Positions 10,056 through 23,100 of a DNA stretch of 64,000 nt are shown here, in pieces; position 1 is the stretch's first letter; the number at the start of each line of letters is the position of its first letter. The stretch is from Psammoneis japonica (taxonomy: Eukaryota): positions 124,001-188,000 of the forward strand of contig QPGO01000024.1 in the NCBI GenBank assembly GCA_008632985.1. Direction: 5' to 3'. Position numbers and translations under genes: made by a program. Under the pieces are notes generated by a model that worked only from the letters and a program-made list of their open reading frames with translations, had not been told where the DNA came from and did no database searches.

Positions 10056-13000
10056 AGACATCGGCTTCTGTTGATGTCCTGTAGTGTATGGAAAATAGAG
10101 TGAGGCGGGCATTTTTGACGTTCTCGCTTGTCATGCCGAAAGATTCCAAGTTAGCTTTTGAGTAATAAACCAAGAATTATCTACTGCTACTAACTCTTGA
10201 TTTCATGAGTCAAAGGATGAAAGGACTTGCATGTGAATCTGGTCGGCCTGCCGCTGGAGAAAAAGCAAGAGGAGACCGGCATTGACCACGACAACACGGA
10301 AGCAAGAAGAAAAAAAGCGTAGCAATCTCATTTGCCTGCAGTGCCTGGCGTGCAAGAGAAAACAAGAGAGAGCTCTGACGGTGTGGGCGTGACACTGTGC
10401 TTATCTGTTGGCGCGGCACACTTGAGGTGCACTCGCAAAGTGCACACATTGACTTTTCCCAATTGGCATCATGCGGCATGTCCAACACAGCCACCAGTGA
10501 AAACCTGTGCATCACATCCTTTCTGTTCTTTTCTTCACTCCTAACTGCCCCACAAGAAATGTCCACTCCAAGGAACCCATGCCATGTGAAGCAAATCTTT
10601 CATTGTTGATGCTTCGTCCTTTCTCATGGGTTGGCATCAGTGGCTCTCTGGGGGGGGATGCTGTGTTGCTGGAGTTTGCAGGATCAGAAGGTTCCTCAGC
10701 TTGAAGTTGGCATCCCCTGCCCTGTCCACACTCTTGAAAAATAATGGTTCTGTCAATGCCATTGTGAGCTCGTGAACAAACTCCTTGCTCATTCAACCCT
10801 TTTGCATGCAGGAACACCCTTGCCAAGCCAATGAAACTTTTGTGTCTGGCTTGACTGTGTTTGAGCTACATGCATCAAACACCCTGGCAACAGCATCACA
10901 CAGGCAGTCTGCATCAATTTGTCCAGTGCATGTGGTCAAACAAATTGTCAACAAGGGCTCTGCCCTGATCTTCTCGTGTGCTCTTTCCCACACCCTTGAT
11001 GAAAAATGGAGCATGCTGTGTTTTTGGAAACCCCTCTTTGACCAACAACAAAAACAACAAGGTTGCTCTTGAGTGCAACACATGATTGAGACCAATGAGA
11101 ATCATTTGGTCCTGAGAGTCATGCACAGAAATTGTGCAGGCCAGTGCAAAAAATGTCAAGTTGTCCTCCGCACATCTGTCCATCACACTTCTTGGGTGTC
11201 AGTTTTTCTTGGGAGTTCAACTGGAGTGCAATCTGATCAAACACATTGTTCTTTGCCATGCAAAGTGAAGCACCTTTGATCAGATGGCAATCAACTGACA
11301 TTTCCCTCAAAGTCATTGGCTCCAACCACCCTCTCAAACAACACTGTGTGTGCATTTCAGCATGACTTTGTGTCTTTTCCTTGTGCAAGAAAAGCAGCTT
11401 TGACTGTTGAGTGAAAGGCTCCTGTTGAAGCAATCTGCAAGCCATCATGAGGGCAACCCTCTTTCAAAATGTTGGCTGTGCTTGACTCCTTTTGGAATTT
11501 TTGAACAATGCCAAGGGCTCTCAAGATGCTGCACCCACAATCTTCAATGAGATCAACCCCAACTCATTGTGGTCAACAGCAAAGCCTGTCCTTGTGCAAG
11601 CTTTAACAACAGAAACAGCCCCATCATTGGCAACTTTCCAGTTGCCAGAGTTGTCACCATTCAAAGCACCTGGGACATTCTTCAAGTCTTGGAGGGGGGG
11701 GGGGGGGGGGGGGGCAAAAGAATGATGTGAGGAAGCACAGCTGTCAAAGTCAACTCTGTCTCACCAAATGGCAAGCAAGATTTGGAGGTTTCTGCAAATT
11801 TCTCCAGCTTGGTTTTGTCAACTCGAATGTGTTTTGCCTCACAGTGTTGGCTTGGAATTGGGCTCCAGTTGAGCCTGGGAAGTTTTGTCTTTGGAGGCCA
11901 TTCCTGTTCAGGGACATCACGGCTGCCATCCTTGCAACAGAGATGCCAGGTGCCCAGCACTTGGCTGGCTGGCTTTCCCATTGCCTGCTGAGTTGACCCT
12001 TTTGAACATTTGTCACCCACACAGCAGTGGGGCTGGAAATGCCAGTTGTTGCCACTGCCGTGCAACTGTGCTGAAAAAAGGATTGGCCAGGCAGGTGCCA
12101 GACAGAGATGCTTTGAGTCTGGAGCCGCCACAATCTGCTGCCAGTGAAAAAGCTGACCATGCAACACTGGCTTTGCTTCTTTTGGCAACCATTGGAGGAC
12201 ATGCCAAATGGATGAATGGAGATGCCATGGTCTGAAGCAGTCATGATCTGCTGCTGGGCATGCAGGCTGGCTGGCAACTGCCAACACTTGTCACAGGAGC
12301 AGCTGCTTCTAAAAAACTGATGAAGCCAACTAGCTGGCATCAACTGGCTGGATGACAATCAGTGAAGAAGCTCTCAAGCTGGCAGTGGAAAGAACTTGCA
12401 GTGTCTTTGTGCATGCCTTTGAGCAAGTGCAAGTCTTTGTGCTTTGTGGCAATGGCTCAATGACAAAAACCACATGTGGTCTAGCATTTTTGACATTTGA
12501 TGGGTGGATTTTGCCAACTGTCATGTGCAGGCATTGCGCACAATTGTGGCACTCTTGCTGCTTTCCACCTCAGCTCAAGCACACCTCCTTTGCAATGTCT
12601 CTGCTTCCAGCTTTCATCAAAGGCACTCTCTCTCTCTTTGGGCAACAAATCAACAGAGAAATTGCTGAGCTTGATGTTGTCTACTCACAAAGAGCTCTCT
12701 GGATGGCGCCATCAGGCAAATGCACTGAGACAAGCAACTTTGAGAAACTGGTGGGTGGTTGCTGACAACAGCACATGCAAGAAGGAGGATGGCTGGAAAC
12801 ATTTTTGTGAAAACTTTGTCAGTTGAGCCAACACCTTTGCTGCACTCACAAAACCTGATCCTGACAATCTCCTGCAACAAAGCAACTGCAACAAAAACTC
12901 AACAATTCAGTGGCAGCACATCTGATCAAGCCTGTGTCAGTTGACTTGCTCTGGGAGCTTGGGTCATGTTGATGCTTTTGCTTGTGTCAGAGGAGGGGGA

Positions 13001-13099
13001 GAGGCCTTTGATCATGGAACAAGCCACCTTGTCCTTGTTGTGGGCTGGGGCACTGCCCAGCAAATTGGGCTGCAAGAAGACTTCCACAACAACAGCACA

Positions 13100-14950
13100 T
13101 TTTTGCAGGAGAAAACAATGGCACAGCTGTTTTTATTTTGTTGGAACATTGGGGTCAGGGGCAGTTTTTGCAGGACAGACAGACAATGTTGCAGTGCAAC
13201 ATGCTCTGACAATTGTGGGCAATGTGGTGAAGTTGCATTTGCAACTTGCATTGAGTTTCAGGTCTTGTGCTCCCTTTTTGGCTTCTGCACCCAGTTGACA
13301 TGGCAGCAAGCTCAGCAGTTGACAGCATTGGTGGAAATGTGTTTGCAAGCCACACAGGGCGTTTGGGGTCAGTGAGGCTGAATGTGTGCCAGTTGGTGAG
13401 CCATGAAACTCCAACACAGAAGCCAAAAAGCAGTGGAATGACACTCAAAGGAGCGGTGGTGTTCAAAGGAGCATCTAGTGTTGGTGCATTGTGGCAAACT
13501 GGCTTGCTGGATGAGGGCAAAGAAATGATCTCTGGAGGGCCTTGCTGTCAACAAAGCTGTCGAGGGCCCTCTTTCTGCCAAAAGAGGGTGCAGCAAGGTT
13601 TTGTTGGGGTTGGCAAGACTCAGCATGTGACTGTCGGTGCAAGCCACAATGCTCCAAAATTGGTTAAAAAAAATGGGCAAAGACACAGCTGAGTGCAGAA
13701 GCACAAAAGATTCAATGGAGTGGGTGCATGATGCCATTCTTGCCAAGTTGGGATGACAGGCAGATGGTTGCACAGAGACCACAAACAAGATCAGCAAGCA
13801 TGTTGGCAGAATGTTTGGGCCAGAGATGCTGATGCTGGCATCTGTGAAGCAGGAGAGCATGCCAAAAGAGCCAGAGAGTGTCTGTTGGTGGACACTGCAC
13901 TGGAGAAGGAAAAGGCAATCTGTGGCAGTCCCAAGAAGCAATGTGGTCACCATGAAACACTCTGCAAGATGCAGAAGGCAAAGGCATTTGACACAATTGT
14001 GGGATGATGCACAAAGGCAGTTCATCACAAGAAGATTGAAGGAGTGACAGAGCTTGTGAGAGTCACAAACACAAAGGAGTGGGACATGGCAGCACTTTTG
14101 GAGGTTCTCATCAGTCTCAGTCTTGTTCTCAATGCAAATGAGAAGACATGCCAGCATGTCCAGGTGGTCAAGGCTTGGAAGCAGTTGGTGCTCATTTGTC
14201 AAGATGAAGGAGAGGCACTTTAAGATCACATTGCAGTCAGCTCATGAGCATTGTCACAGTGACAGAAATGTCCCATGGCAGGATCATCTCAGAAGACAAA
14301 ATCGCCAAGAAAGAAGATGGGTTCAGCAAGGATGCTGATGACACCTGAAACAAAGAAAGAAACAAGTTGTTGGTGGTGTGCCAATGGAAGGTGCAAAGAA
14401 GGAACACTGCTGGCATGTCTTGAAAGACCTGCATCAGCAGTTTGCACTGGGGGTCGACAATTGCCCCAATTTGGCGGAGGAGGCATTGCAGGTGCTGCAC
14501 ACATGTGGGACCAACAAGAAACCTGAGGGTGCAAGTTTTGCACAGAACAAGAAGAAGCAGATCAAGTGCTGGAAATGTGATGATTGTCCTGACAATGTCA
14601 TTCATTGGCAGAGTCAGATGATGTGGGTCATGGCAATCAGTGGAGCAGTCAAAGTGGTGTTGGGTGGCATGGTTTTCAAGTGTCATCCTCCTGTGCATGC
14701 TTGATGTGCACAAGGCCAATCAATTGACAGCTTGTGTGAAGGAGTGTGTTGGAACATTGGGGTCAGAGGTGGTTTTCCCAGGACAAACAGACAATGTTGC
14801 AGTGCAAGATGTGTTGACAATTGCAGGCAACACAGCAAAGTTGCAATCATGACTCAGGTTGCAGGTTGTGTGCTCACTTTTTGGCTTTTGGAATGTGTTC
14901 AAAACAAGCCACATGGCGAGTTTTGGTCAGCAAGCTGCAAAACTCCAACA
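13100..14950 (+). mobile_element. Repeat family A, copy 1 (degenerate gag-like remnant, zinc knuckle partly deleted)
   Basis: Colinear with parts of 18975-19537/24845-26240 and 59660-61650, e.g. shared GTGGTCAAGGCTTGGAAGCAGTTGGTGCTCATTTG. Confidence 0.7.
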
Positions 14951-15749
14951 GAGTTTTGCAGGCAGCTGCAGAGGTTGCTGTGGGTTGTCTTGGATCCACC
15001 AGGGGCTCCAGGTGCAGGTTTGTCATGTCAAGAGAGCTTGAAGCAGTGGACAGTGCTGGTGGAATCTTGGGAACACAAATGCAACCGGAGGGCTGAATGA
15101 TGTGTGTTGCACAGCAGGGGCAAAGCAGAGATGGGAGGTGCCAACAAGAACAACCACCTTGGTGCAACAAGCCACAAGAGCTTCTTCAATCTTGTGGTCC
15201 ATCATCCATCAGGATGAACAAGATGCTTGGTCAAAAGATGCAGGACTGGTGACTTTGAGGGGTGCTTTTCTGAAGAGCGATGCAGCAACCGGTGGTGCAT
15301 CTGCAGGGTCAAGGGTTTCCAGAAGGATGAGTTCTTGAAAAATGTGTTCCCAAAGCAGATCAACAATGCTGTCTTTGGCCTTCCCATGCTTGGGATCATC
15401 AAAGAACTGATCCAAGTCAATGATGCCACCACCGCAAAGGCTGTTGCCAGTCTGCAGGGCCTGTGCATTGACAAAAAAAGCACTTCCAGGATCAAAAATG
15501 GTGGCAGGCATGTTCAGCTCACAAAACAAGCACAAATCACAGTGGAAATTGCTGCAGTGCAGAAGGGTGACAACCCAATGAGTGCACAACATGTCAGAGT
15601 GCCAACGGCAGCATGAGGAACAAGCCAAAGAGCTCCCTGCAAACCAGCAACAGCAGTGGACAACACACATGTGCTGGCAAGAAAGAGTGACAAGAAGTTC
15701 TCAGAGAGATCATCTTGTCCATCTGAAGGCATGCATTTGACCATCATCT

Positions 15750-18700
15750 ACACACAGTCTGACCTTGCACAGGGTCAGCTGACAGTTGCAGAACAGATGT
15801 CCTTGTGCAGGGGTTGCTGGCTGTTGTGTCTTGGCTTCTGACAACAGGACTTTGACAGCAGCCAAAAGTTGCTGTGTGAATTGACAGGCTCTGTGTTGCT
15901 GCTGCAACTCTCCAGATCAGAGCACTGCTCTGAAGCTTGCTTTGGAGCACGCTGGACTCCAGGTGCCACCAGCATGGAAAAACTTCCAACCTGGACAGAG
16001 GCTCTGGTGTTGACGAGACTGCTGGTGTTTGTTCCATGATCCAGCTTTCCTCTGCAATGATGACATGTTTTGCACACACACAAAATGTGAGAGAGAAAGA
16101 GAGGAAGTTCAAAAACTGACATTTGCAGCACTGAAAATGATGAGGTTGAACTCTGTCCAAGCTCCTGCTGCACACAAAAAGTCCTGAGTGAGAAAATTGC
16201 ATGGAATTTGCACTGGGGGACCCAAAAAAGTCCAGAACAACATGATTTTTAGCTTTTTTTTTGGACATCCCTGGCACTGCTTTTATGTTGGATTCTGCAA
16301 AGTTCTAGAAAATCCTGTCACTCTGGACATTTTGTGCTCCCTGGCACAAACTCTGTGCACCATTTTTGCTCTAGACTTTCTGTGCATGGCAGTGCAGGTC
16401 AGGCTGATGCTCTTGTTAAGATCCACTTGGTTGACCAGGTTTTGAGCATCCTCTTCTGTGCAGTGTAGACCAGAGATTCTTCCACACATTGACAAAATGA
16501 ACAAGAGTGTCAGAGGCAAAATGTGAGAGTGGAGCTTTCACAAATCTTATGATCCATGGAGGCATGCTGGCCACGCACATGCAGACACATTGGCTGATCA
16601 TCTTTTGGGAGTTTGGCTTGCCTCTCAGCTCTCAAAGATCCAAGGTTGGGACAGCAGCTGTGGTTGGCTGCCAAATGACTTGAGGTCAGTTGGAACAATT
16701 GACTGCCACAGCTGATGATCCTTTGATTGCTGACAATGGCAAGTTTCAAATGAGAAACTCTCAAATTAAAACACTGAACACACTGTCAACTGGGAGCTTT
16801 TGGTCCTGAGTTGTGTCATTGCCTTCATGCCAAGCCCCAACCTGCAATGATGTCACTCCAGCATCAGAAGGGAGCAACAGCCCAATCATGCTGCAAATCT
16901 TCTTCCAATGGCACCTGTCTGTCAAATGTTTTTTTGAACATGGTGCATCCACAGAATCATGCCCTGCTTGTGAAGCAGAGATCCTGAAAACTCAAAGAGG
17001 GGGGGGGGGGTGGAGTTGTCAAATGAAGATCACAGGTTTTGCAAAACAGCCAGTGTCTTCTTTAGGAAGGATCGCTGCACCCCTTGCCAGGAAAAGTTGC
17101 CTGCCAGCACATGTCACATGTGGTCATTCATTCTGGGCAAGAGCCATCATTGCATGGAAATTGTTGCCAAGCACTTCAGTCATTGGCCAGCAGCTTTTTC
17201 ACATTCACAACTGCTCAGGATGACGTGTGCCAGGGTTTGACAACCAAATTCATGGCAGTCATTGTGGAAACAACTAAGCAACATCCTTTGAAGGCAGAGT
17301 TTCAAATGCCATGGTCAACAATGACATTGCCAAAACATGCCACGCACATCTTTCTGACTCTTCCAAACAAGATGCTGCCACAACCAGCACTCATTTGAAA
17401 AAGATTGTGTTGCATGGTTGAAAAAAATGGATTGTGCAAGGCAGCATTTTTTGTCATCCAGGACTGCACAGATGATGGATGTGCCAAGCAATGCAGGCAT
17501 GATTTGGCATTGCGTGTGTTGTCTGTGTTTGTGCACAAATGCAAAAAATTGTGTTCAACCCAGCAGTTGGTGCACCTGGACATGGGGCAAGGGAGAAGTG
17601 GGTGGCACTGGAGCACACACAAAGTCTGTGGCATCAGAGGGGGGAAATGTGGCCCATTGATTTGGTGACAGGAGCAAACAAAAAAGCCAAGAAAAGTGGT
17701 GCAAATGTGCCAGATGTTGCAGATTAAGACAATTGTGTTGTCAAGTCACACAACAGTGCTTGAAAGTTCTTGAAAGGGGGGAAAGTGCAAAAGGGACAAA
17801 TTTGTGGCAATTGTTGGAGATGTTGATGTCCGCTGGAGTTTTGCCATGGCAACAAAACTGCCTGGAATGTCTTTGCAGATGACTGCAGTGGTCTTGGTCA
17901 CAGTGGCCACAAATTTCTTGAATGTGAGCTTGCACCATGCTTTCCAGCATTGACAATGGTGGCAGGAAGAGGGTCGGCAATGGTGCCAGTGCTCACAGTG
18001 GAAATGACAGCCATGCAGAAAAGGACATCATGAGCAGCTTTCACAGTTGAGAGGTGAGTCAGAAGCAATTCTGAAAACTGTGATGACTTGACCAACAAAG
18101 AAATTCTGTGTGCACTGCACCAGTCTTCAACACAAAAGTCATGCAGAAGGTGCACACCATGTGAACCTCAAAGAACAAGTGGCGCCGGCTGTCAGGGGTG
18201 AGAAAAGCAAATTTTGCAGTCACACTGCAATGGTGTGGGTCACAGTGTGAACTCAATTTTCAAAAGCCAGCAACAGCATGGTTGCATGGGCTGCATCTGT
18301 TCTGTTTTGCATCTTCTCCTTTTTGAGGTTTTGCAGCTTGAATTGTCAACATTGGGCACCCCCATGCTTGTTGAGTCATGCAAAGTGAGGTGAGCAACCA
18401 AGCTGCTGAGCTCTGCCTCAGAATGTTTGAATGCAGGCATGGGATGAGTTTGCAATGACAGTGACTCCAGGTGCACACATTTGATGGAAGTTTTGTGGGT
18501 CAGCAGAGGAGAGCAAGACAACCACACAATTGCTCACCCACTGAATCTCATTGTTCACACACAGGGCCTGCACTGCAATCATCATGAGTTGTGTCTTCAA
18601 TGCCATTGGTGGCAAGCATCCTGTCTCTCTTGACCAAATTTGAGCACATCAGCCAATTGTCCCCAATTGACCAACCCACACTGGCACACCTTGTTTGCTG

Positions 18701-18944
18701 AGCTCACATGCCTGCTGTGGTTGCTTGTTGCAAGCAACATCCAGGAGCAGTGGTTGCCACCACCATGCAGAAACAAGAAAAAATGCTTCCCAAGATGTGC
18801 TCTGAGCAGCATGGTGACAAGCAGCTACAAGAAATTGACCTGCTTGGGTGTGTGACACAATGAGCTGAGAGACGAAGGGCAGACAAACTTGGGCCAGTCA
18901 TTTTGCTTGCTGAGATTGACCTCTTGCTTGGCAGGGCAACTCAA
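15750..18944. repeat. Repeat family B, copy 1 (about 3.2 kb, unclassified)
   Basis: Colinear with 52376-55968 from CACAGTCTGACCTTGCACAGG to GGCAGGGCAACTCAA. Lacks about 360 bp present at 53145-53505. Confidence 0.9.
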
Positions 18945-19537
18945 TGCAGTTGCTCCTTTTTTCTGGCATGTTTGTGGATTTTTAAGAGCAAAATGGGCAA
19001 GGCAAAAATGGCGTGCAGCATTGGAACACAGGGGTCAGAGGTGGTTTTTGCAGGACAGACATGCAAAGTTGCAGTGGAAAGACACACCAATGATTTTGGA
19101 CAACATGGTGGCTAAGTTTGCATTCACAACTTGGATTGAGTTGCTGGTCCTGTGCTCACTTTTTAAGTTCTGCACTGGGTTGACATGGCATTGGTGGTTG
19201 ACAGTGCAAGCAATGTGTTTGCAAGCCATGGGCTGAGCTGGGAGTCAGTGAGACCAAATGTGTGCTGGCCGGAGATCCACAAAACTCCAACACAGAAGCC
19301 AAAAAGGCACGGCATGACACTCAAAGGAGTGTCATCATCAGAAGGCTGGGAAGATGAGAGGAATCCAAGAAAAAGGCTGGGAAGTTGACAAGAATCCAAA
19401 GTTGTGCTTCATGTTGGCGGGTCACACCAGCAAACAAACTGGCTGGATGAGGGCAAAGAAATGATCGCTGGAGTGCCTTGCTGTCAACAAAGCTGTCAAG
19501 GGTCTGCTGAAAGAGGGTGTGGCAAGGTTGTGTCAGG

Positions 19538-19969
19538 TGCCCCATGCATGCAACAGGCGACGAAAATGCAGATGTGTTTCAATTGTGTCATTGTGGAAAA
19601 TTATGAGCTAATTTCATGTAGAGAAATGGGGTCGTAGGAACAGGGAATCGCATCAAATTCGCTGTTCGTTTGCATTGTGGATCGCACCAATCGATCGTGC
19701 ATTCGCATTGTGGATCGTGCGAATCACACCAACACGCGCTGCGCACGAGTGATGTCATCGTGTGGAATCACACTGCTGTTGTGGGCCAGACAACAGGTTA
19801 GTGTGCTTCACACGGATGCTCTCTTAGCATCCTTCTGGATTTGCCTGAGACACAGAGCCACATCCTCCTGTGGTCTTGCTTCCCAGGTGCGTGCTGACAA
19901 CACTGCGTTGTCACGCACAAGAGGCCATGCACAGTCTTGCCGTGTTGTCCAGTGCTGAGGCATGCTGCA
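19538..19969 (-). repeat. Gypsy 3' LTR (432 bp)
   Basis: Direct repeat of 24408-24840; adjacent polypurine tract. Confidence 0.92.
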
Positions 19970-20185
19970 CACTCCCCCATGATCAGGGCTGTTGAGTGAC
20001 AGAATGTCTCACTGGTGACAGGGCACAATCTGCCATAGATTGCATGCATCTGTCAGTGCTCCATTCTGGATGCGCAACGTGCCATTGTCACACACACGGA
20101 CAACTCTGGCAGGTCCTGCATGGCAGTCAGAAATGCACTTAGAAGATTGTTCTTGTTTTGTGAGCGCCAATTGCCCAACGGTGTG

Positions 20186-23100
20186 TCAGTGCTCCTTGTG
20201 TTTCTGATTTTCACGCTTGATGTTTGGGTGGATGAGCTTCTGTTTTCTAGTTTCCATGTGCTTCCACTTGGCACGATGGGCAATGGACAAAATTGCATCG
20301 CGTCCGAAGACCAATTGCATGGGACTTGCACGCATGGTTGCATGCACCGTGGCTCTAACAGCAAAGGCTGCAGCAGATGGGATGCCACTCCAGGGGTCAT
20401 CCTCATCCACTTCCACATCTTGCACTGAAAATGAGCGTGCCACATTGCCAAGTGTCTGGTGCGCACATTCCACTGTGGCACTCGCCTGTGGATTGTGCTC
20501 ACTTGTGGGTTTCTTCAGAATCCCACAGTCATTTTTAATCATCTGGCTAAATTCTGCCATGAATTCTGTCCCACAGTCATGTGCTGCCTGGGTTGGCCAC
20601 GGATGTCTGTGCAGCCAAGTTTGTTCCATGACGTTTGCTGCTGCATCTGCAAGTTTTGCAGACACTTCCTTGATCTCAAACCACCCGGTTGCCGGATCAA
20701 TCACAGTGACCGCCCATGATTGCAAGGTGTCTTTTCTGCATCTTTGGATTTTGTAGGGCCCTGTCATGTCTGTGCATGGAGTCTCCCAAGGAATTGTCTC
20801 AGCAACCATTTTTGGTGGCTTGCCATGACGCTGCATTTGGCGTTTTGTCCTCTGGCATCGTTCGCACTTAACGCATGTAGAATGCACCGCAGACCTCACA
20901 CCAGGCCAGCAGAAGTGCTGGGCAATGAATGTTTCCACACGTGTCTCACCTGGATGACACAGTGTTTTGTGGTGTTGTTCAGTTGATGGAACCTGCAATG
21001 ACTGAGGCACTGCAATTTTGTCCTTATGAAATGTTGACTGTCGCACTGACCCTCCCCCATGATGCACACGAATGGAGCAGTCAGACGAGTCCTCAGCTCG
21101 CTGCAGTGGGTGCTTGTCCTGTTGCTGCTCTTTTTGGATGCGCTTGAAGCCAACAGGCAGAGGTGCAGTGTCTGGCACGTCTGCATTGAAAGCTTCATGT
21201 GGGAGACGACTCGATGGAGTGTCTTCTACATCTGGATTGGATTTGGAAGGCAAAGGTGGTGCCAGCCAAAGGCGACTAAGAGCATCAGCGACTGGGTTGT
21301 GGGTGCCCTTGACATGTCGTAATTCGGGTCTGCACTCTTCACATGTCAACCGCCAGCGCATCACACGTTCGGCATTGAATGCTTTGCATGTTAGATTTTT
21401 GTGATCAGCACACATGATTGTGCGATGACCAAGGAGCATCATTCGAAATTCTTTCAACGTCTCCACAATGGCGAGCAATTCTCTCTCTGTTGTTGTGTGA
21501 TTTAATCTGTTGTTGTGTGATTTAATTGTGCACTGTCAAGCTTTCTGCTGCAGAGTGCGATTGGTTGGTCATCTTGGGATGCAACTGCTCCCAATTGACA
21601 TTTAGAGGCATTGGCATGCATCTCAAAGGGTTCATTAAAATCAGGATGTTTTAACAAGACATTGTCTGACATTGAGCGTTTGATGGTTTCAAATGCCTCA
21701 TCTTCAACGGACGTCCATTGCCACTCAACAGTCTCGCCAACGAGTCGTGTCAGTGGAGCCAAGACTTCAGAATGTCTGGTCCACGTGTCACGGCAGCAGT
21801 TTGCCATGCCTGTGAATGAGCGCAGGTTGCGCTCATTTGTGGGCTTCGCGATGCATTCAATGGAGTCAATTTTTTTGTGCATTGGCCGTGTGCCATCACG
21901 GTTGATGAGACAACCCAAGTGTTCTAATTGGGTTTGACAGAAGTGTGACTTAGTTGCGTTAACTTCAAGTCCTGCTTCTTCAAGTTTCTTGAGGTGATCT
22001 TCACAGGTGCCTTTTGGCACAACGAGAAGGTCATCCAAGTGCATTTGAACAAACAACAGATCTTTGAACAAGCTTGACATGCGTTCTTGGAAGATGTCTG
22101 GCGAATTGCGTGACCCCATGGGCAACACCTGCATCTCACACTTGCCCCATGGGAAGATGAGCACACAGAGCTTCTCACTGTCAGCATCCAGTCAGACGTG
22201 ACAATGACCCACATTAAGATCCAACGATGCAGCCCACACAAAGCCTTCGAGCTTTTAGTGGCATGTCCTGGATGTGAGGGATCTGACAAGGCAATCACTT
22301 AATCCGTTCACTCAGCTCCCTGAAATCATTCATAAATCGTGCCGTCAAGTCTTTCTTTGGCATGACAAAAGATGGAGCCACCCATTGGGATTGGTTGACG
22401 CATTTGAGAACACCCATGCACACAAGGCGCTCTGCTTCTTTACGCAGTGTAGCTTCGTGCGCACAAGGAGCTTTGTGCGGACCAGTGTGGCATGGTTCTG
22501 CGTTGTTCTTGAGTTGGATGTGGCAGGGTTCTCCCTTCCATTCTCCTAAAGTCCCATCAAATGAGGACTCATGGCGTTTCAATGATGCCAAAAGGTCGTT
22601 CTGTTGAACAACAGAAAGTCCTGTTGCCCCTTGCGTCATGTCCTCAAGGCATGCTGGTGTGTGCTTGGCATCCAAAATGCGTGAAATCTGGTCGGTTTCT
22701 GAAGTTGAGGCTTCTGGATCGTCAAGAAAGAAGGAGGTTTCTGCTGTCACATCTGCGTGCCACATTGGTGCTTCTCCATTGACTGTTGGCCACTCTGTCA
22801 TCTGTTCAGAGAAGACAATGTCAATGCCTTGTGCTTCCAGAATGTCTCGTCCAATGATCACATCGCACTTGCCCAACTTTCCATTGTGCACGTGGACAGC
22901 ATGCACAAGTTCCGCAGTCTCGGACAGTTCTGGCAACTTAAATTTAACGGTGCAATCGCTGACCACACTGAACCAGCCTGCTGCCATTGTCCAGTTTGTC
23001 TCAGCCATCAAACAGCTTTGCAAATGCTTGCAGCGTTGCTTGTTCAGCAGAGCACTGCTGGCGCCGCTGTCTGGCAGCGCCTCAACAGTCTGAGTCTTGC

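Noticed and set aside
11694..11714. Poly-G run as a functional element
   Set aside because: Homopolymer slippage or assembly noise is sufficient to explain it.
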